Source of the DNA: the human T2T-CHM13v2.0 reference genome, Homo sapiens
Strand: one strand, 5' to 3'
Length of the DNA stretch: 64,000 nucleotides
Assembly: GCF_009914755.1 (NCBI RefSeq)
Contig: NC_060928.1
Positions within the stretch are counted from its first letter, which is position 1; the number at the start of each line of letters is the position of its first letter. This document shows, in pieces, positions 55,151 to 64,000 of the stretch. Made by a program: the position numbers and the translations under genes. The notes beneath the pieces were generated by a model that was given only the letters and a program-made list of their open reading frames with translations, had not been told where the DNA came from and ran no database searches.

Positions 55151-56089
55151 AAGTAAGGCCCAGTAAGCCTTCATTATCTAAGTATTCATTCTCCAAGTTC
55201 CCTAAGAACTTAGGTTGTACAAGGAAACAAGAGACATCACAGTGGGGAATGATTCACTAATGAACTGACCATTTCTAAAATGATCCCCAGGAAAGCCTCT
55301 TTCCTTTCTGTACACACACCCCAATGTCTATCTCTGCACTCCAGCTTTGGTTGGCTTACTCTCACTAATTGTACAGTACTTTAAACACCTTGTAAATGTA
55401 TCAAATATAATACATAACTAGGTTGCTAAATATAACTGCCCATCCTGCAGAATTTAAGTAAGTCAGTGAAAATCAGAACAAACTCAATGAGAAGAAAAAA
55501 AAAAAAAAAGATAGGCTAGGTGCTTAAAAGGAGAGTGACCAGGCTTTTTTTTTTTTTTTAAATGAGAGCACCTGTGAAAACTGACGAAGACAATTATTTT
55601 TGCAAAAATAAACAGGAGAGAAAAATAGGATATCAAATCATCATACAATTTTCTCAGGAAAATTACATCAGCCCCCACTCCCTAAAAGCAACACTTGATT
55701 CTTTCTCCATTCATGCCAAGAATTAGTGAATAGTTCTCATGTAAATTTTGTGAAGTGAATGATAAAATAAGCTTATTTTCATAATTTAGTTTTATTTTTT
55801 CAAAATAAAGTCTAAATAAATATATTTTTCAATAATTGCTATAAAATGTTAATTTTTTAAAGTTAATTGAGTTTAAATGAGCTTTCTCCTGTATCACTTA
55901 CCACTGAATAATGTGGATCTTCTCTTTTTTTTCATTCTAGTTACTCAAATATTTATATGGGGAAGAATATAGCAATTCTTTTTTGTTAGTAAAATCATAG
56001 CTGATGTTTAAAACAAGCTTCAGAGTGCTACATTCAGCAGAATGTGGTTTAAATTTTCTACAAACAATAAATATGGAAATAAATATTAG

Positions 56090-56240
56090 AAAATCTCTTC
56101 CCAATTTCTTAATTTTACATGTAAGGATTAGACAGCAGCCCAGTGTGGGAAGTGACTTGCTCAAGATCACACAATGTCTAACAGTGGCTGAGTCAGGATT
56201 ACAAGGAAGAGCTCCCCCCAAACACTCTTCCTTCTCCACA
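56090..56240 (-). mobile_element. MIR
   Basis: agtgacttgctcaagatcacaca...agtggctgagtcaggatt. Confidence 0.65.
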
Positions 56241-57120
56241 CCATTAACCTTTATTTGACTCTAATATGCTATGTAGCTAAGATATATATGAATATCAAAA
56301 ATACACAGCATGGAAATTGTATAGACACACTAAAAAGTAAAACACTAGTCAGTAAGCAGTGAAGCACTAAATCGACTTCAAATTCTTATTAAGGTTATCC
56401 TTCCGTTAGTGACTGAAGGTATATTAGCTTAGTGAGCCATGCAATAGCTGTACCACCACAACTAATGGACTGCCAAGAGATGATTTAATAAAGAGGCCCA
56501 GCTGAACAACGGTGTGTAAGTAACTCTGACAACCTGAGGCTTTCTCCTGGTCAAACGTTTTATATCTGTAAGTGACTTTCTCTAAAAAAAAATCACCTGT
56601 GAAGATACTCTCAGAAGGTTTCACTGTAATAACAGTAGCCCAAACATTCTTATGTAAGTTCAGATTCTTCAAGATCTTAAGCTGTGATTAAAAAGAAAAA
56701 AAGCTTAAAGGTCTTGTCCCCAGATCCTTCTACAGGCACCATTTATAACATGGTTAGAGATCCAGTTAAATAACACACTCAGCAACTACACCATGTACAT
56801 CTTTTGGTTGAAGTAAAATAAAGAAATACAGCAACTTTTAAAATGCTGCCCTCTAGATTTTACTCTAAAATGCAAGCGATGAAAATTGGGAAAACGGCCT
56901 GAAATAAAAATATTTATTAAATACATGTGTCTATAAAATATTATGTGGACTCCTCATCTTTATAATATATAGACTAACTTGCATTGGGAGGAGAAAAACA
57001 AAAGTTGTAAGGGGAGAAAAACACTAAATGAGCAACGAATATTGCATATGATTAATGAGAGTTCAGGGAAAAGTTAACTTCACACGCTTTATAATATTGC
57101 TGAAAGTGTGGTAAATATCA

Positions 57121-57482
<362 letters not shown>

Positions 57483-57539
57483 GAATTCAGGTCCATAAAA
57501 AGATTTAGCTAAAAAGATTTTCATCATACCATTATTTCC

Positions 57540-58180
<641 letters not shown>

Positions 58181-59389
58181 TTATTAAAATATTATATACC
58201 ATACAAGAACATAAAATTTTATTAAATAGTGATTGCAGAACATTGTATGTGACTAAGAGAAGTCACAATGCAATGTACTTTAGGACAGTAAATGAACAGT
58301 AAGCCTTTTCCTTGAAATGCCATTGGCCAAAAATTATGTTCATGTGATAATGTGAGCCTAATCCAAAAGAAAAAAAAAAGTCATGCCATTAAGAATAACA
58401 GTAATTTTATGATATTAGAAAAAGAATCTATGACAGTCATTATCAAAGTAGTCATTTCTGGAGGAAAAAAATTGCAAATAAAAAAAGACATTTATGTAGA
58501 ATGATTTTAGGTTGCAAGCAAAATAGATGACGGTTTAAATATTTAAAGCCACAGACGGTATCTTAGACAAAAACAGAATTTTTGTTTCCTTTAAAACAGA
58601 GTTTATTATTTACCCACTTTTTAAAAAGTATTCCCTTAACTCACAATAGAAAAGATAAAGTTGAAGAAATTTGTTCCAGATGTAAAGCTCAGATTCGTGA
58701 TTCTTTTTAAAAGATACTCAATTTCTTATGAAACAAAGACAGAGCATCCCACTAGAATTTTCAGAGGAAATATTTCCACTAAGAACATTTTTTAAAACTA
58801 CAATTTGTTTGTTAAAAAGTTATTTATAGAGTCCAACAAAGTATCAGACAGCCACTGTGCGTAATTAACACATATATTCTCTCTTCCTCTCTCCAGAAAT
58901 GTGCACATCATACTCATGGTGTGACTAATTCAAAACAAGTTTATGAAATTGATCTTTTTCCTCTTCTAAACACATACAAAAACAAGAAAATTACTTAACA
59001 GTAAGAATATACTTTTGCTTTTAAAACTGTTTAGACCATCTTAAAACTGATCCCTGATTCCTTATCTTAGAAAACTTATTCCTAGGAAAATTTATAAATA
59101 AAATGAGGTTTACAGGCACAATGTTATTCTGGCAGCCTTTTGAAAAACTGCTTTTTGATTCAACAACAGATAATTTGCACACTTTATTCTCTCTATCTCT
59201 GGGAGATATAACTGCTGAATACTTTTTTAACCTTAAATATAAAGTTTTAATATTCTTTATTTTATTAGAAAAAAAGATATCTGTGTTTCTTGCAAAGTTA
59301 CTGTTTATTTCCATTAAAACAGTGAAGCCTTCATGGAAAAGCACTACTTATATATGATTTGTCCATGCACAAAGTTCCTATTACATCAA

Positions 59390-59500
59390 ATTATTCATAA
59401 AATACCCCCTTGGCAAGGAGATTATAAGGAAGCTTGAAGCATCAGGTAACAATTGGACTGAAAGATCTCTGTGGCTGCTTCCAACCCAGTCATTCTCTGC
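59390..59500 (+). mobile_element. CR1/L3-type 3' end
   Basis: ttggactgaaagatctctgtggctgcttccaaccc..attct resembles the CR1 terminus. Confidence 0.45.
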
Positions 59501-60369
59501 AGTTCTTAAAGATCGCAGTTTAACTGAAGTCTTCATCAGATATCAAGTGAGTTAACATGTACTGAAAGATTCTTCAAGAATACAAATGAGAAGGTTACTC
59601 AAACCAGCCCTCCTGTCTAACCACAATTATTTAACAGCTTAAATCCAAATTGTGAACATAGTTTGAGATTTTTCTAAGATGTTCTTTAACCTGCTTTCTC
59701 CTCTTTCCTTCTGTATTTTCTACATAGTTCTAATCTTAAAGTTGAAAGAAGTTTATGTGTTTTAGAAAAAAAAGTGGATGCTTTTAAAAAATGTATTCCC
59801 TTAACTACTCCTTACATCTACTTTCTAATCCCCAACTCACTTAATTAAATTCAGTGTGAATTTAAATTGCAATTAACATCTTTTGAGGGATTACATGTTC
59901 TAATCACAATTATGCAGTGAATATTTGAAACACATACATTTTGTTATATTATCTGAAATGCAAATTGGAGTCCAGAAGAAGATGTTTAATAAAAACGTAT
60001 AGTACTGAAGACTTTATTATAGATCCGAAGGGACTAGAAATGAGATTTAAAAGAGTAAAAGCACTGATACAAGTATAAAAACAAATTGCTTCACCTCCAA
60101 AACCCCTGGAAGTGGCCCACTTGGCTCCCATTTAACCAAGCTTCTTTGCAGTTTAAAAACTGCCTTCCAAGATGTTTTCTTAACCAAACTGAATTTCATT
60201 TTTTCCCCCAAGATCAGGAGCTCACAGAGTCCTAAATGAGAGATGATGCATAAAATTCTGTAAGGACAGGGGACAAAATCTGTTTTTCTGACCCAGGAAG
60301 TTATAATGCAATTATTACATTCTTTTTCTTAGCTTTCTCTTCAAAATTGCATTTCATAAGCAGAAAAAA

Positions 60370-60570
60370 AGCTGACATTTATTGAGCACCTTCTATATGC
60401 CAGACAATGTGTTATTTTATTTAATCCTCAAAATAACCCTATGAGGTAAGGATTACTTTATTTTATAGATACAAAAGATAAGGCTCAGAGTACTTAAGTG
60501 GTTGAGAGAAATAAATTAAATGCATCAGTGGTGAAACTGGGATTTGACTCCTAAATCCATGCTCCCATCT
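60370..60570 (-). mobile_element. MIR
   Basis: acatttattgagcacc...ttaatcctcaaaataaccctatgaggta...ggctcagag. Confidence 0.8.
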
Positions 60571-61162
60571 GGTAAAAGGATAGTATCATTTCTGCAAAGG
60601 TGAGACCTTAGGAGGAAAGCCTAGGATGAAGCACCTATTTTCAATGTTAAGATTAACTATAATCCTGTCTACCAGGCTGTTGGGATTGTCATGGCCCCAA
60701 AAAACAACTTCATCTCTGGTAGTAAGCTTGGATAGAATGCTTCAAGAAGTTTCATTCCTGGGGCTCTCAGGACTTTTCTGCAGAGGCTAAGAGCTTGCTA
60801 AAAGCCGGAATTACTTGGCATCTTCTTACTCAATGCCAGGATTTACCATAAAGTAAAGATCTGGTGTATTAATCTATGCTGTTTCCTCTTGGTAACTTTT
60901 CCATTCCATCTTCAGGGTCTGTTTGTATACTTACCAGATTGTTAGCTCCCAGGCTAGGTTTATGTTTAAGGAAACTAAGGCAAACTCAAGTTCTGCCTTT
61001 CACTCCCTTCCACTGTCAGTTTCCTGTTAATTAATCATTTTTCTACACAACTTTTGCTGCTATGCTTTACTAGTAAAACAGGGACTAGTTAAGCTAGCTA
61101 TTACTTTTTCCTTTGAGAAAGACAACACTAAATTGCTAAGCTCCCTACCCAGTCAACTCTGA

Positions 61163-61626
<464 letters not shown>

Positions 61627-61749
61627 TGATGATGCCTAATGTGACACAGCACCCTGTACAAGGATAGATATGACAACCCAAAGATTAGAGAGAGGTAGGT
61701 GGGAGAAGAGAGATATTACAGTGTATAATTTACCACGTGAAACAGCCAT

Positions 61750-61975
61750 GAGATATGCAGGCAACAGAGGACCCCAGACTTAGTTTACCTAGGTCTGAAT
61801 GCAGCTCCATAGCTAGAGAACCTCTAACGAGTTTAATTAAACTACTTCAAGCCTCTATTCCTTCATCTCAATAATGGGCATAATATCTACTTACAAGAAT
61901 TTTGTGAGAATTAAATAAGACAATTCATGACAATCAGTAGCACCATAAGCTTAATAAATATTAGCTATTATTAAC
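61750..61975 (+). mobile_element. MIR
   Basis: cctctattccttcatctcaataatggg...ttgtgagaattaaataaga...taataaatattagctatt. Confidence 0.7.
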
Positions 61976-62137
61976 TATATCATCATCAATATTATCACAT
62001 TACCAAGTGGTAAGGGCCATTAATCAATGACTTGCCAAATCAGAAATCCAGAAACAGAGATATAAAGCTTCTGATAAATTTGAAAACATAGAGACAAATA
62101 AACATTTTAATGTGGGAAAAAGGAGGGATGGACATGA

Positions 62138-62482
<345 letters not shown>

Positions 62483-63351
62483 AGCAAGGCTTTTAAAATA
62501 CAGTGTTTAATTCTTATGACATAATTTACTGTGATTTTAAAATAATAACCTGTTATGTGGGGGGTACTTCTTTGTTAATATTTAGAGATTTGTGAGGCTT
62601 CAGAAAATATTCAATAACAAATACATTTTTTTAAACCATTGTTGGGGGTAGGGGGGTACCTTAAAGTCCTCGGGGAAAACCAAACTTGTATGGAGAAGGT
62701 CTTCACAGTTCTAATTAGGATTGCAGTTTGGATTAAAAAGAATCATTCAGGGTTCTCCTGAAATTTCCTGAAAAGCAAAGCTGAATGGGGAGCACAACCA
62801 GAAGGAGAGCACAGTTACTGGAGAGGCTAATGGCTTCTAGGAGGGTACGAACAAACCCCTCTGTCAAGATCCTGGCATTTTTCCTATGATGCACATCTTC
62901 TAACCCAGTCATCATTTCTCCAACTGTGGCCTTTCTTGTGCTCCTAAAATAGTAACATAGGGATGATGTAATGAGGCACAAATGGTTGGTGAAGGTAGGA
63001 AAGTGGTCAGGAGAGGTAGAAGCTATTGCTGGTGTCAGAGAGATTGGAAATTTAACTCAGTCAGCAGTTGCATGAAGATGCCAAAGGGCACATGGGAAAT
63101 GCTTCCTTGAAAGTAGCACCAGGGAAAAGTAAGAGAAAACAAAGGACACTAGGATCCGTGGAGTTAGAATCCTTCTACTTGAATCTGCATACTATCATCA
63201 AAATCAACCCAATTATTCAGTAAACAGACATGTGATGAATTCCTACTGTGTATAAAAAACAGTGAAATAATTTTCTTATTGTAAGATATGATCACCATCC
63301 TCAAGAACATTTCAACCTATAAAGGAGTATTAGCATGTATAAAACCCAAAG

Positions 63352-63654
<303 letters not shown>

Positions 63655-64000
63655 CAAAACAACTTTAAAACAAAACAAAGGCATTCCTTTAAAATCAAAC
63701 TTCCTTTAAAATAGAATTTATTATTTACTCCATGACGGGCTACGTTTGGGGCAGATATATAACTATGCAATGTGGAATGGCTACATTTGAGGTAGATGTA
63801 TAAATACGTTCTGACAACAGGCAGCATACAGAGCTTGCACTATTATTTGGTGGGAGAAGAAGGATGCAAAAAAGTTATAATTCTTTGACTATTTCTCTCC
63901 TATCTCATGGGCTTATTGCTTCCTTTAATGTCTCTTCTTCAAAGTCTTAAGAACTATTGTTCAAATTTAAGGCATTATTTTAAGTGCCACTTTTAAAGAA

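Noticed and set aside
62733-62981. 82-aa minus-strand ORF with an internal acceptor-like ctattttAG at 62944
   Set aside because: No good donor follows. RKATVGEMMTGLE loosely recalls the C-terminal part of CR1/L3 ORF2, so a decayed repeat or chance is more likely; a Dfam search would settle it.

Overview
AT-rich primate (almost certainly human) genomic DNA, entirely inside one minus-strand gene. The only coding exon I can support is 39 bp (36505-36543, - strand) and encodes AAAIFNSAFGSFL, which I recognise as SLC10A7, probably exon 5. It has canonical TAG/GTAAGT splice sites and is phase 0 at both ends. Reading through its donor gives a 14-codon extension (VSKHSLTCLLQLLL*) followed by several AATAAA signals, the layout of a truncated, intronically polyadenylated isoform. 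The rest is intron: about 24 Alu/FLAM copies, L1, L2, MIR and CR1 remnants, MLT1, MER21, MER34-like and LTR1/LTR28-like solo LTRs, hAT and Tigger DNA transposons, and microsatellites. Nearly all ORFs in the supplied track are repeat-derived or chance. I found no convincing new multi-gene system. The best leads are modest: candidate recursive splice sites and cryptic exons, a CpG-rich sense-oriented LTR with an apparently mutated poly(A) signal, three local duplications (one pair carries different microsatellites at the same position), template-switch-like patchworks, closely spaced inverted Alu pairs and a nested transposon stack. Repeat subfamily names and boundaries were assigned by eye and are approximate.
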